In this document: piece after piece, positions 1 through 8,094 of the stretch
How the letters are laid out: every line of letters begins with the position of its first letter
How positions within the stretch are numbered: the stretch's first letter is position 1
Source of the DNA: Nanobdellota archaeon
GTDB taxonomy: Archaea > Nanobdellota > Nanobdellia > Pacearchaeales > GW2011-AR1
NCBI GenBank assembly: GCA_038045565.1
Contig: JBBSXX010000138.1
Location: 1 to 29,727, forward strand
Length of the DNA: 29,727 nucleotides
Direction: 5' to 3'
Program-made: the position numbers and the translations under genes
Notes under the pieces: model-generated
What the model was told of the DNA's origin: nothing
What the model saw: the letters and a program-made list of their open reading frames with translations, nothing else
Databases searched by the model: none

Positions 1-68
1 AAACATAAATTAATGGGTACATGATTTCCTAGATGCCCCAATGGCCTTACCTTGGGGTTGTTCACTGA

Positions 69-1607
69 TTACTTCTTAATCTTATATATAACAACTGCAG
101 GCTGCTGATTTGCAGGATCAAAGAAGTTTGAATAGGCTGGAGCAAATTTATTTGAGTTATTAGTTACATAATTAATTAGTTCTGGTGTTTGATGTTCAAA
201 TCCGTGAAGAACAACATAATCTGAATCTTTTATATTTTGATCTAAAATAGAGGAGTTACTCGCTAAATAATTTCTTTCTCCATAATATATTACATATGGA
301 TCTATGCCATCTCCAAGTATAACTGCATTTTGGGGAGTATTTTTATTTATCCATAAAAATGCCTCTTTCATCTGCATATAAGATGTTTTCTTATTTTCTA
401 TTATCAAATTTCCATATGATAAATGATAATAAGCTCCTAACAACAAGATTATCACTACTAAAATAATTGCTAATATCTTGTTGTATTTATTTGAATAATT
501 ATAAACAAATTCTATACCAATTGCCGAAAATATTATTAGTGAGGGCATTAACAAGAAAAGGTATCTGTCCTCAGCAGCCCTTAATATAAAAATGAAGAAA
601 ATTAAAGATCCCACACCAATTAATAATAACATTAAATGGCTTGATAGTTTTTTCATTTTAAATATAGAATCATATCCTAAGGCTAATTCAAATACAACTA
701 AAATAGTTCCTAAAGCCAGACATATTACAAAAATCCATTGTAGATCATATTGGATAAATCCTAAAACATAGTATGCAAATGATGGTTTCTCAGCAGCACT
801 TGCCGAATATACTGAAGCTGCTGGTAATAAACCTTTGTAAACTACAAGGTTATATGCAAAGAAAATTATTATTGGAATAGCTCCTAAAATACCTCCAATC
901 CAGAAGTTTTTATTTGAAATGAATTTATGTTTATGCTTAGCAATAACCATTACAATATATACAACTCCAATAAAACCATAAAAGTATCTTGTTAGTATAG
1001 CTAAAGAAACAAAAAATATTGCTAGTGAGAAAAACTTAAGCTTAAAATCATCATAGGATTTTACAAAGAAATAAAGACTTGCTAGTGTGAAAAATAAAGA
1101 GGGTACATCTGACATGATTCTAGTAGTATAAAATAAATGAATCCATAAAACACTTAAAATAAATGATGAAATTAAAGCTACCTTTTTATTGTAAATTTCT
1201 TTAGCTAAAAGATAGATAAATAGTATAGATAAGATAGAAGGAATTATCTCTAGGAAGAAAAGAGATGCAGCATCTGAAAAATTGATTCTTAACAAAAAAG
1301 ACCATACTAAACCAAGGAGGGGCGGTCTGATAATTGCTTCATTTGCAATAAATGGGGAGTTATCCCATATGTGAGAAATCATATTTTTTGCCAGGCTTCC
1401 AAATGCTAACGAATCCCACCAGTGCGCCTGATCTTTTGCAATAAAATAAAAATAAAGTCTAATTATACTTGCTAGAACTAAAATCCCAACAAGACCTAGA
1501 TTATATTTATCTCTCAACCAATTTTCCAGATTTTTCTTGTTTTTATCAGCTTTATTTTCACTAGATTCTTTATTAGTTTCTTCTTTTTCTTTTGTTTCTT
1601 CTGACAT
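69..1607 (-). CDS. GT-C membrane glycosyltransferase (PMT_2/ArnT-like, GT39/GT83-type)
   Basis: 512 aa with many TM segments. N-terminal IRLY...WWDS loop, RPPL, and R..SDVP..FF and EDRY motifs typical of lipid-phosphate-sugar-dependent transferases. Soluble C-terminal domain. Confidence 0.8.
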   Translation of the reverse strand: MSEETKEKEETNKESSENKADKNKKNLENWLRDKYNLGLVGILVLASIIRLYFYFIAKDQAHWWDSLAFGSLAKNMISHIWDNSPFIANEAIIRPPLLGLVWSFLLRINFSDAASLFFLEIIPSILSILFIYLLAKEIYNKKVALISSFILSVLWIHLFYTTRIMSDVPSLFFTLASLYFFVKSYDDFKLKFFSLAIFFVSLAILTRYFYGFIGVVYIVMVIAKHKHKFISNKNFWIGGILGAIPIIIFFAYNLVVYKGLLPAASVYSASAAEKPSFAYYVLGFIQYDLQWIFVICLALGTILVVFELALGYDSIFKMKKLSSHLMLLLIGVGSLIFFIFILRAAEDRYLFLLMPSLIIFSAIGIEFVYNYSNKYNKILAIILVVIILLLGAYYHLSYGNLIIENKKTSYMQMKEAFLWINKNTPQNAVILGDGIDPYVIYYGERNYLASNSSILDQNIKDSDYVVLHGFEHQTPELINYVTNNSNKFAPAYSNFFDPANQQPAVVIYKIKK

Positions 1608-1609
1608 TT

Positions 1610-3544
1610 TTATACCTTTAATAGAGAAGTTCTAGATGTTGGGATTTCGTGAGGTCTTTGATTAATAATTGACTCTGATTCACCTACAGCATATAAAACC
1701 TTATCATATAGGTGGTGTCTTGTTGCGTCTGATAAAACTTTTGGAGTTAATTTTCCTTTACTAAGAGCATATTCTAAAGTTCTTTTAGCAGCTAATTTTC
1801 CATATGGAAGACACGCAAAGTAAGGGGCTAATTCTCCGAGATGATTTCCAAATCCATTAAGAGTTGGAAGTGTAGGAATAAATTCACGCATATCTTGAAT
1901 GTTTTCCAACATTTTAGCAGCTTCAGAATTACTTCCAGATAAGTTTCTTAAATGAGTTTCTGTATCTCTTCCAAGCCTTTCATAGCTAAATGGTTCTTGA
2001 CTTTCAAGATAATTTCTAGCAAGAACATGCCCTTTCGGAACAAGCGTTACAAAATTAAATATTCCCCTTAATTCTCTATTTTGTTCTCGGTATCTAATTT
2101 GTTCAGTTGGGGAAAGCCATAAAGAATCATCACTTTTTAATTCAGTTGTAAATTCATCTAATTTTCTTTTTAATTCCAAATATTTGGGTAATAGCCCATC
2201 TTTTATATCTTTTCCAACTTTTGGACTCTTTAAAGTATCTTCCAATTTTTTTGTTTCTACATATAATTTTCCGATTCTTGACCCCAAATGTTGATTTAAA
2301 TGTCTTAAGACGCTTTTTTCAAAGAAACTATCAGGAACATCACCATTTAATAGATCTGAATAAAATCCGAAATCATAAGAGAACTCTCCTAAAACTGTTT
2401 TTCTATATGGAGCAAATGTGGATGCCCATGCCATTGTTGGACCTCCTACCTCTTCCCTTAATTTAACATTTAACTCAACAATTTCCAAATCTGCATCAAG
2501 ATTAATTGGGGTTTCTTCTGAAGTTAGCCCATATGGGAGAGCAGTAATTTGTTCTGTTCTTACTTTAATCCCTCTTTCAATTATGTTTTTCATTCCTTCA
2601 AAAATTATTTCTTCTCTCATTGATCTTCCTAATATTTCATTTCTCATAGGATAATTGGCCGCTTCAATAGCAAGAGTTAAACTCACACAACCAGTTTCTA
2701 CACACTCGTCAAGCCTCTTCTTACCTGCATCTCCTACAGTCATTTCAAACCTCATTTGTGCATTGTAACGTGCATTTATTCTCGGTACAAATTTCATTCC
2801 AAAAACATCGTCTTGAACATAAATATCTCCTGCCCAGTTTTCCATTACCTCTGCAACTTCTTTTTCCACATCTTCAGTAGGCCTTACATTGGATGGGAAT
2901 AAGCGCGTTCCTACACCCATAGAAGCTTTAAATTTTTCAGCAATTTCAGGAGGCATATTTTTTAGAATCATTTCAAGCCCACTACTATTGTAACAATATG
3001 AACAATCGTAAGGGCAACCAGTCATAGTAATTACACTTTTAAGTTTGCTTTTTGCATGTTCTGGGTAATCATCATAAAACATCTTTCTATCAGGGTGAGG
3101 GAATCTCATAGTTCTTTGCATTGGATGAACTCCTGAAGATAATTCTCCCCTCAAAATTCTAGCAAAGGTATCAAAACCTTCACTGACAACAACATCATCT
3201 GCAAACTGAGATGATTCAATTGGGAAATATGTTGGATGGGGACCACCAACAATTGTTCTGATATTTGGATGATTTTTTTTTAATCTCTTATATGCTTCCG
3301 CTAACTGAACATGATTTCCAGTATATACATTAAACCCGACAACATTTGGTTTGAATTCTTTAACAGCTTCAAAAAATGGTTCAAAATCTGGTTTGAATTC
3401 TTCTACACCATGACTTTTTACAAGATGAATTTTTCTATCCCAATTTTCATCTCTAGCTACTCCGGCTAAATGCAACAATCCTAATGGTTCAATTACTGAA
3501 TAACTAGCACCAAGCAAAACTCGTCCATTGCTCTTTTTTGACAT
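1610..3544 (-). CDS. Cobalamin-binding radical SAM protein with long C-terminal extension
   Basis: N-terminal B12-binding domain motifs (EPLGLLHLAG, VVGFNVYTGN, IVGGPHPT). CPYDCSYC cluster motif at 2993..3016, followed by QDDVFG and AIEAAN core motifs. Confidence 0.88.
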   Translation of the reverse strand: MSKKSNGRVLLGASYSVIEPLGLLHLAGVARDENWDRKIHLVKSHGVEEFKPDFEPFFEAVKEFKPNVVGFNVYTGNHVQLAEAYKRLKKNHPNIRTIVGGPHPTYFPIESSQFADDVVVSEGFDTFARILRGELSSGVHPMQRTMRFPHPDRKMFYDDYPEHAKSKLKSVITMTGCPYDCSYCYNSSGLEMILKNMPPEIAEKFKASMGVGTRLFPSNVRPTEDVEKEVAEVMENWAGDIYVQDDVFGMKFVPRINARYNAQMRFEMTVGDAGKKRLDECVETGCVSLTLAIEAANYPMRNEILGRSMREEIIFEGMKNIIERGIKVRTEQITALPYGLTSEETPINLDADLEIVELNVKLREEVGGPTMAWASTFAPYRKTVLGEFSYDFGFYSDLLNGDVPDSFFEKSVLRHLNQHLGSRIGKLYVETKKLEDTLKSPKVGKDIKDGLLPKYLELKRKLDEFTTELKSDDSLWLSPTEQIRYREQNRELRGIFNFVTLVPKGHVLARNYLESQEPFSYERLGRDTETHLRNLSGSNSEAAKMLENIQDMREFIPTLPTLNGFGNHLGELAPYFACLPYGKLAAKRTLEYALSKGKLTPKVLSDATRHHLYDKVLYAVGESESIINQRPHEIPTSRTSLLKV

Positions 3545-3623
3545 AAATATGTAATAGATATTATAGGTTAAAAAGATTGCTTCTTTCTATATTTTATTAC
3601 TCAAACTCAATTAAATCAATTAT

Positions 3624-3652
3624 TTAATCTTACAAGAACTTTGTAAGATTAA
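3624..3652. terminator. 12-bp perfect inverted repeat over the stop codon of the HIT-like gene; possible terminator
   Basis: TTAATCTTACAA-gaact-TTGTAAGATTAA read directly. Function is inferred from position only. Confidence 0.3.
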
Positions 3653-4541
3653 TTTCTCCTTTTTTATATAATCTTTCAGACAATCTCCCCATACAAAAAT
3701 CATAATCTGCTCTTTCAAATTCTTCTCTTGTTTTAACAACTAAATGACTTGCCATGTCTCCGCTACCAATTCCTTTTTTTTCAAATATTTTTACTGGAAC
3801 AACCAAAATCCCCGCTTCAACTTGAGCTAATCCATGTGGAACTACTTTGTTTGGAAAATTCTCCCCTAATTCTCTATTAATATTATTTAAAAATGTGGCT
3901 AATCCATCTAAATGTTCAGTATGAAATATTACGTGTGCAAATGGAAAGCTAGTTTTTTTGAAAACACCGCCAATATTCCATTCTAATGGAATTATATCTC
4001 TACTTCCTGATTTATCAAACCCATAAGCCTCCCCAGCAATATCATATGCTGCTCCGAAATTTGTTAAATGATAGTGTTCATGACCTTCAACTGATGCTCC
4101 TGCTCCAGGACTGTTATGAAAAAGTCTAAAACCTGTTTTATTAGTAAATTCTAAAAGATCTGATAATTCCCTAGATAAATCGTCTAAATTAGTCGCATAC
4201 ATTGGCCTTTCTTTAGTTGTTATTGCAAGACTTGTGCCTGGAAGTAATGGATATTTATTTGGTAAAACTCTAAATTCTTTTAATATATTTTCTGGATCTA
4301 AATTTCTAACTGATTCTTTTTCAGACATTTCAACAGCATCGCATAAAAAACAAGTATCTTCTCTTTGAGCATATCTCTTGAATCTATAATTATTAAGAAT
4401 AACTCCAAAAGAAAACTCTCCAGGTTTTGAAACTATTTTAACCTCTGGATGATAAGCATCTCTAGGTATTTCATATGATTCTGCAGCCTTAAACCATCTG
4501 TCTAAAACCTCTTGCTTAAGAGGGGAAAATTGGCTACACAT
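3630..4541 (-). CDS. HIT/GalT-superfamily nucleotidyltransferase or phosphorylase (DUF4922 / Ap4A-phosphorylase / GDP-sugar-phosphorylase-like)
   Basis: TCFLC, VLPNKYP and FHNSPGAGASVEGHEHYHL motifs. Start placed at ATG 4541 because a TTTTAAATA box lies about 20-28 nt upstream on the minus strand. ATG 4610 is an alternative. The ORF-track start at 4751 overlaps the divergent gene. Confidence 0.65.
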   Translation of the reverse strand: MCSQFSPLKQEVLDRWFKAAESYEIPRDAYHPEVKIVSKPGEFSFGVILNNYRFKRYAQREDTCFLCDAVEMSEKESVRNLDPENILKEFRVLPNKYPLLPGTSLAITTKERPMYATNLDDLSRELSDLLEFTNKTGFRLFHNSPGAGASVEGHEHYHLTNFGAAYDIAGEAYGFDKSGSRDIIPLEWNIGGVFKKTSFPFAHVIFHTEHLDGLATFLNNINRELGENFPNKVVPHGLAQVEAGILVVPVKIFEKKGIGSGDMASHLVVKTREEFERADYDFCMGRLSERLYKKGEINLTKFL

Positions 4542-4643
4542 AAAAATAACGGTATTTTTGTATTTAAAAGAATTTGTATAATAGCTAACTATGTAATCGG
4601 CCTCATTCATAATATTTAAATATCCCTTAAACAATTTTTTATA

Positions 4644-5141
4644 ATGATTGATAAAATAAAAACTGGTGAAGAAATAGAAGCAATAGTTAGAAAGCTTAAG
4701 GCTCATGGAGAAATTGTTGTTACAACAAATGGAAGTTTTGATATTCTTCATTCAGCACATTTACATCTTCTAAAAAAGGCAAAGAGAGAGGGAGACATCT
4801 TGATTGTTTTATTGAATAGTGATAGTTCTATAAGAAGAAATAAAGGCGATAAAAGACCTATTGTTCCTGAAGATGAAAGAGCAAAAATGTTAGCTGGATT
4901 AGAAACTGTGGATTATGTTGTGGTTTTTGAGGAAGATAAACCTTTGAAATTGTTAGAACAAATAAAGCCAGATGTACATGTAAAGGGCGGAAGTGTTGAT
5001 CCTGAAAGACTTAAAGAAGAAGTTGCTTTTATAGAAAGTCTTGGAGGGAAACATAAACACTTTGAACTTGAAGAGGGTTTTTCAACAACAAATATAATTA
5101 ATAGAATACTAGAATCTTATAATGGTAAAGATTCTAATTAA
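4644..5141 (+). CDS. rfaE2: D-glycero-beta-D-manno-heptose 1-phosphate nucleotidyltransferase (RfaE domain II / HldC-like)
   Basis: TNGSFDILHSAH (HxGH-type), LNSDSSIRRNKGDKRPI, PDVHVKGG and EGFSTT motifs match the HldE adenylyltransferase domain. A GT9 gene lies nearby. Confidence 0.82.
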   Translation: MIDKIKTGEEIEAIVRKLKAHGEIVVTTNGSFDILHSAHLHLLKKAKREGDILIVLLNSDSSIRRNKGDKRPIVPEDERAKMLAGLETVDYVVVFEEDKPLKLLEQIKPDVHVKGGSVDPERLKEEVAFIESLGGKHKHFELEEGFSTTNIINRILESYNGKDSN

Positions 5142-5187
5142 TTTTTAGTATAATAATCTTTAAATAAACAAAATTTTCTATTTAACT

Positions 5188-5451
5188 ATGGCAATTGAAT
5201 TAATCAATGATGAGGGCAATTATAGAGTTAAGTTAGATGGTAGGCAAATAGCTTTATTTTATGTTTCTGGACCTATTGATGAACACTATGTTGTTTCAAG
5301 ATTAACATTTGAAATGGATCCCGAATCTTCAGGACTGCCAGAGATTATAGGTGTAAGGGAAGATCCAAATTTAGCTAAATGGAAGGCTCATTCAGCTGCT
5401 GTAGAATATTCTGCTAATTTAGAAAAAAGATTAGTTTCAGTTTCTTCTTAA
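5188..5451 (+). CDS. Hypothetical protein, 87 aa, probably beta-rich
   Basis: Non-overlapping ATG ORF with AATCTTTAAATA box about 22-32 nt upstream. No recognisable motif. Confidence 0.6.
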   Translation: MAIELINDEGNYRVKLDGRQIALFYVSGPIDEHYVVSRLTFEMDPESSGLPEIIGVREDPNLAKWKAHSAAVEYSANLEKRLVSVSS

Positions 5452-5462
5452 TAATTATTTTA

Positions 5463-6452
5463 TTATTCTAAATCGCTTAATGCTTTCAATACTTGATTAA
5501 CACTAATTGACTTAACTAACTCTTCGTCATATTGGTCCATTCTTTCTGGGAAAAAATTATCAAAAATTGGAGATGTTATTTTTTTAGCTAAATCATAATC
5601 TTCTATTTCCCATGCAGGAGTGCAAAGGAATAAAGCTATTGTGGGTTTGTTTAATCCTAAAGCTAGATGAAGAGCAAGAGTATCTGCACACACAATTACA
5701 TCACAAATATCTATTAGTGCAAAAAAGTCTTTTAAAGAATTGGAGGTATTTTTAGCATAGACTTTAATTCCAATATTATCTAGCTCTTTTTCAACTTCCT
5801 CCATGCTTTCTATTTCTTCAGGGCCTCCTAAAAGAATAACTGTATAATCTTTATGAATATCTTTAATGAATTCTATGATTCTTGATTTATGCCAGGCTTT
5901 TGAGGGCCATCTAGGAGAAGAACCTATATTAAATCCTAAAATTTTTCCTTGAATATTGTTTTCTTCTATAAAATCTGATATGTTTTGTCTTGCTTGTTCT
6001 GAAATTTTAATGCTAATTGGTTGTTTTTTCCAGTGTAACTTACACATATCAAAAATCATTTCTTGGTAGGTTTTTCTATTTGATTTTTTTAAGTAATCAT
6101 CAAAAACAGTATTAAGGTAGTATTCTGCTTCTTCATTAAAAGACGCTGGAAAACCTTCATTGTCATAAAAACCGTATTTTTCATCAGCAATTATTTTGTT
6201 TGCAATCTTTGTTGCTTGTTCATCAATGTCTAAACTGTAAAGAATGTCAAATTTATCAGTTGGAATGTGTGGTAAGAGTAATAACTTATCAATAAGATTA
6301 TTATCTTCTAGTATTTCCTTAGAACTTGGTTTAGTTATCCAAGTAATCTCTGAATGAGGATATTTTTCTTTAATTGCTTCCAATATTGGAGTTGTTCTGA
6401 CTACATCTCCTAAAGCTCCTAATTTTATTATACAAATTTTAGTTTTATTCAT
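5463..6452 (-). CDS. GT9 family glycosyltransferase (ADP-heptose:LPS heptosyltransferase-like)
   Basis: IIKLGALGDVVRTTP, KAW, LLGGPEE and DTLALHLALGLNKPTIALF are diagnostic WaaC/WaaF/WaaQ-type motifs. Confidence 0.88.
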   Translation of the reverse strand: MNKTKICIIKLGALGDVVRTTPILEAIKEKYPHSEITWITKPSSKEILEDNNLIDKLLLLPHIPTDKFDILYSLDIDEQATKIANKIIADEKYGFYDNEGFPASFNEEAEYYLNTVFDDYLKKSNRKTYQEMIFDMCKLHWKKQPISIKISEQARQNISDFIEENNIQGKILGFNIGSSPRWPSKAWHKSRIIEFIKDIHKDYTVILLGGPEEIESMEEVEKELDNIGIKVYAKNTSNSLKDFFALIDICDVIVCADTLALHLALGLNKPTIALFLCTPAWEIEDYDLAKKITSPIFDNFFPERMDQYDEELVKSISVNQVLKALSDLE

Positions 6453-6491
6453 AAGTTTTATATAAGTGGCAGGGTTTTAAACTTTGTTAAA

Positions 6492-6902
6492 ATGAAAATC
6501 TATATTGCTGGAAAGATTTGGGAAAAATATGAGCTTGAGCAATTGGAAAAAGTTGACAAACTATGCAAAAAACTTGGATATAAGACTTTCCTTCCACATA
6601 GAGATGTGGGGCTTGCTAAAAGTGTTAAAGATGTGAAAAAGATTTTTGAGGGAGATATTATTAAGGGATTTAAAGATGTAGATTTGGTTGTTGCATTGCT
6701 TGATGGGTTACATGTTGGAGCTGGGACAGCATGGGAATTAGGATATGCTTATTCAAGGGGAATTCCTGCAATTGGACTAAAAACAGACGAACCGATTAAA
6801 GATTCTCTTGAAACTCTTAGTGCAATTCTTATTGGAAGTATGAAAATAGTTTCAAGTTTTGATGAGTTGGATAAAGAACTAATTAAATTTAAGAAAAGTT
6901 AA
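6492..6902 (+). CDS. Nucleoside 2-deoxyribosyltransferase / nucleotide N-glycosidase family (NDT, Rcl/MilB-like)
   Basis: IYIAG, FLPH, IFEGD, D.VVALLDG and GTAWELGYA (catalytic Glu) motifs. Confidence 0.85.
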   Translation: MKIYIAGKIWEKYELEQLEKVDKLCKKLGYKTFLPHRDVGLAKSVKDVKKIFEGDIIKGFKDVDLVVALLDGLHVGAGTAWELGYAYSRGIPAIGLKTDEPIKDSLETLSAILIGSMKIVSSFDELDKELIKFKKS

Positions 6903-6918
6903 TCATCTCGTGGGGGTA

Positions 6919-7824
6919 TTAATCCAACGGCTTTGCTGACTTAACTTCATTTTCACGCCAGCCTGGATCAAAAGTCTTTTTTGTTTTTGCTTCTTTAGCT
7001 GATCTATAATATATGTAAAGTCTAGCAAAATAAAGTTCTATCAGCCAAAAAAACTCCTTTATACTTCTTGGCTGTTTTAAACTGAATAATAACCCTTCTT
7101 TTATTTCATTAGATAAAGATTTTGTTCTAGGCATATCTGGAACTATTTTATTAAGATTTTCGTGAGCCTTAATAGTTCTAACTCTTTGATTTATCCAATC
7201 TGCCCAGTTTGTAGGATATTGAACATAAACTTCTGCTTTGTCTAAATATTTTATTTTATAGTCTTTCTTCCAGACAAAATAAGGTATAACGCAATCTTCT
7301 GGAACATCTTCTAGAGTTTCTTTAACTAAGCCATTTCTTATTGCAAATAAATAACCAGAACATTGTAAAAATTCTCCTTGACTTGAAAGTCTTTTTCTAA
7401 CTTTATCTATTCCACTATAACCTACTCTTGCCCAAAATTCATATTTGGTTCCTTTTTTATTTGTGGCAACAGGTCTTCCAGTTATTGCCCCTATTGATTT
7501 ATCTTTAAATGCCTCTTCAATTTCTTTTAAAGAATTATCTGAAATATATACATCCCCATCTGTAAAAACAAGTATCTCCTCTTTATTTTCAGAGAATAAC
7601 ATTTCAAATAACATATTTAATGCGTAGGGTTTACCTTCTCCAGGATCAAGAATAAAGTCAAATCTTTTATCTTTTATTTTCCTTCTTAAATATGATTCAA
7701 CTTCTGGAAAAGGATCTATAACAAGAACTTTAAATGGTGTTTTTATTTTTTGTTTTAGAATTATATTAACTGCTCTTTCTGTTGCTTTCGGCTCATTATA
7801 TGAGGTAACAATTATGGTCATCAT
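6919..7824 (-). CDS. GT2 family glycosyltransferase
   Basis: IIVTSYNE, GKPYALN, DGD, SGYLFAIR, ED and QRVRT (QxxRW-like) motifs. ATG at 7824 preferred over TTG at 7839. Confidence 0.88.
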   Translation of the reverse strand: MMTIIVTSYNEPKATERAVNIILKQKIKTPFKVLVIDPFPEVESYLRRKIKDKRFDFILDPGEGKPYALNMLFEMLFSENKEEILVFTDGDVYISDNSLKEIEEAFKDKSIGAITGRPVATNKKGTKYEFWARVGYSGIDKVRKRLSSQGEFLQCSGYLFAIRNGLVKETLEDVPEDCVIPYFVWKKDYKIKYLDKAEVYVQYPTNWADWINQRVRTIKAHENLNKIVPDMPRTKSLSNEIKEGLLFSLKQPRSIKEFFWLIELYFARLYIYYRSAKEAKTKKTFDPGWRENEVKSAKPLD

Positions 7825-7869
7825 TATAAAAACTCCCAATTGGTTATGAATCCGGAAACCATTTTCATT

Positions 7870-8061
7870 TTAATTAACCTCAAAGGGATATTCAGACGGT
7901 CTTATTATAGCCATTTTTTCAGATTGATGGGAAAGCTCTAAACGGCATTTTTTGCTTCCTTGTTTTCCTATATCTGAAATTTCTATATTTTCAACTACCC
8001 ATATTTTATCAAGGATTTTTACTTTATCTCCTTTCTTTATATCCTTTGCTTGTTTTTTCAT
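7870..8061 (-). CDS. aIF5A/EF-P N-terminal-domain-only protein (63 aa)
   Basis: AKDIKKGDKVKI..KIWVVENIEISDIGKQGSKKCRL...IIRP...FEV aligns by eye with the aIF5A N-domain (LKxGxYxxIDG.PC.I.....SKxGKHGxAKAR...P....EV). It stops where the OB-fold would begin. Confidence 0.7.
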   Translation of the reverse strand: MKKQAKDIKKGDKVKILDKIWVVENIEISDIGKQGSKKCRLELSHQSEKMAIIRPSEYPFEVN

Positions 8062-8079
8062 ATAGTTAGAGAATAAGGC

Positions 8080-8094
8080 AAACTTATAAAGTTT
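8080..8094. promoter_or_regulatory. Near-palindromic TATA element centred between divergent mini-aIF5A and queC
   Basis: AAACTTATAAAGTTT (reverse complement AAACTTTATAAGTTT) sits at the midpoint of the 50-nt gap 8062..8111. Confidence 0.5.

Noticed and set aside
2221-2654. Two + strand ORFs (2221..2466, 2418..2654)
   Set aside because: Antisense shadows inside the radical SAM gene, with no motifs.
4542-4751. N-terminal extension of the 373-aa ORF
   Set aside because: It overlaps the divergent rfaE2-like gene and reads as low-complexity AT-rich translation. A downstream ATG with a TATA box fits better.
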